The notes under the pieces were generated by a model. It was not told the DNA's origin. It saw only the letters and a list, made by a program, of their open reading frames with translations, and made no database searches. DNA of 63,559 nt, counting the filler, from Dicyema japonicum (Eukaryota > Animalia > Dicyemida): NCBI GenBank assembly GCA_011109175.1. It is 7 parts of 7 records of this genome, joined end to end, with 100 filler letters (N's around TTAATTAATTAA, not from the genome) between each part and the next. Parts side by side here need not be neighbours in the genome. Positions count along the whole stretch, not along the records: positions 54,437 to 61,517 come from RDEW01000123.1; positions 61,618 to 63,559 come from RDEW01000089.1; 5 more parts are not named here. The stretch is one strand, 5' to 3'. Both the position numbers and the translations under genes were made by a program. Of this stretch, positions 61,512 through 63,559 are shown in pieces (position 1 is the first letter of the stretch; each line of letters opens with the position of its first letter).

Positions 61512-62599
61512 TTAAATNNNNNNNNNNNNNNNNNNNNNNNNNNNNNNNNNNNNNNNNNNNNTTAATTAATTAANNNNNNNNNNNNNNNNNNNNNNNNNNN
61601 NNNNNNNNNNNNNNNNNCGTTACTCACGTCGTTGTAATGCCAAAATCACTAAATATTTTGTAAATTCAAAATTATCAACCAAATCACACAAATTACGGTT
61701 GATGAATCCTTGTTTTTCAAATATTTTTGACAATCCGGGACTTATAAGAAAAATTTATTGTCAATTAGAAGATATCCAGAGATCAATCGATGAGGGAAAA
61801 CCACAGAGTCATCCATGATTACATTGTTACTTTACGTCACTGAATCACAATGAATTATAGAAACTTGGGAGACATTGGATACACTAAGGTTTAAAAATAA
61901 AGTCGGATAGACTAACAATCAGACATCAAATTCGCAAGCTCAAAAGGTTGTCCTCCATAAACACGACCTTAGGTGGAACTGATTATTTGTTAGGTCCTTT
62001 GGTGATAATTAGTAAATAATGGTTGCGTTGGCCACGTGGTTTTACTACGTAAATGCTACTATCGCCTCAGACATCAAATTCGCCTGCTCAAAAGGTTGTC
62101 CTCCATAAACACGACCTTAGGTGGAACTGATTATTTGTTAGGTCCTTTGGTGATAATTAGTAAATAATGGTTGCGTTGGCCACGTGGTTTTACTACGTAA
62201 ATGCTACTATCGCCTCATGCTGGAAATAACTGGGATCTTCTATCACGAATGGACTAAATAGCAAACTGAAGAAACATCAAAAGAAAGTCAAAATTAGTAA
62301 ACAACATCATTCCGTAGAATAAAGAAACCCGAGGCCATTCCTTCTCAAATAAAAGTTTAGGATTATAATCATGTCTGCCTTAAAAACTAGAGTTACTTTG
62401 GCAAGGATCATCTGTATAGTGAAAATGTCACGTGAGCATTGTTAGTTCGAAATCGATAGTTTAATTACTAGAGTGAATTGTAGTTCAATTATCAGATTCT
62501 CAAATAAATGCCCCAACAACGATGGAGATCTCATCTACAAGAAATAAAATTGACAAAAATGGTCCTACGATTACTGAGATGCAGATTCTCAGATAAATC

Positions 62600-63130
62600 C
62601 CCCAACAACGATGGAGATCTCATCTACGAGAAATAAAATTGACAAAAATGGTCCTACGATTACTGAGATGTAGAATGAATAAGGCGGGAAAAAATGCTGA
62701 ACCCTGGAACACTCCATTTGGGAAATTATGGGCGCGGGATTTTGGTGATGATAAGAGATCTTGACCAAGTCTCCCAGAGACGAACGAAATAAGCCATCTT
62801 TTCAAGAGAGAAGGGACAGTTGAAGAGACAATCATTCTAGGCAGAACGTGTCGAGATGTTCAATCAAACGCTTCTCAAGGTTCGATTAAAGCAAGGACCG
62901 TAAAAAAAGGTGTTGACCATCAACAATGAAATTAGTATAGATAGGTGAGAAGATGTTGAATGATGAGGACGGAAACAATGTTGAGAATTTACTAGATTGA
63001 GGTAGAGGTGCATGGTTATGGACACGAATGTTCAAGATAAGGGAAATCGGGAAAAATCCACGGGGCACAGGGATTCTTATTTGGTTTATAGGAACACAGA
63101 GTACGTCCGAGACTAAATCAGTTGATGACC
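62600..63130 (-). mobile_element. Ingi/Vingi-like RT fragment
   Basis: QHCFRPHHSTSSHL; LKRWLISFVSGR...PNGVFQGSAFFPALF. Confidence 0.7.
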
Positions 63131-63559
63131 TGGCGTTTTTAGTCAACCCAGTGACAATCGCGATTGTTAGAAAGTCGGTCGTTGTTTTGATTCTACACTC
63201 GTGGGGACGAGTGGCCCAATTTATAATCATATGAAGAATAGTAGTCCATCAGGCAATCGACTTTTTCATTGAGGAAACGTGTTATCCTTCGTTCCAGTTG
63301 GAAAAATGTGACGGGGGAAATTAATTTATTCCGACAAAGCATAAGTAAAAATCACAACTAGTTGACTATGTGATCCCGACACGTCTAAGCAGTGCCCTCA
63401 GGTTTGTTTCAGTGTTTCTTCTTAGATTCCACAAAATCCCGTGATAGACAGGGAACTCCACGACCACGGTTAGTTAGTTAAGCAACGGTCATGGTGTCGC
63501 GGTCAGACAAGAAATCATAAAAGAAATTTTTGTTTAAATAATAAATTTTATTATTTTAT

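Overview
AT-rich eukaryotic draft scaffold with eight N-gaps; six gaps carry an artificial TTAATTAATTAA spacer. Four host genes were reconstructed by hand across ultra-short GT-AG introns (22-30 nt): RagA/B GTPase, arginase, a MAP3K4/MEKK4-like kinase and a disrupted multi-Ig-domain gene. Ig domains, a MEKK4-type kinase and arginase intron positions shared with vertebrates, together with ~25-nt introns, suggest a reduced parasitic animal such as a dicyemid (inference; not testable here). The rest is a dense transposon landscape. Non-LTR elements include Ingi/Vingi-like, RTE-like, CRE-like and R4/Dong-like copies. DNA transposons include a Foldback-type Mutator (FLYWCH+MULE), pogo/Tigger, IS630-Tc1, Ginger2-like and hAT-like ends. 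Highlights: (1) a TSD-bounded 2.87-kb single-ORF LINE with a variant 2A-like motif (GDIKPNPGP) ahead of its endonuclease; (2) a 526-bp internally deleted RTE derivative retrotransposed as a unit, present twice with the same junction; (3) a filled versus empty retroelement site in two near-identical copies of one locus; (4) a Ginger-like element with a telomere-like/G-quadruplex tract inserted in the Ig gene. Many 100-400 bp tandem duplications, often joined by a single n, and several homopolymer frameshifts are probably assembly or sequencing artefacts. No CRISPR array, rRNA or convincing tRNA was seen. No clearly new biological system could be established from sequence alone.
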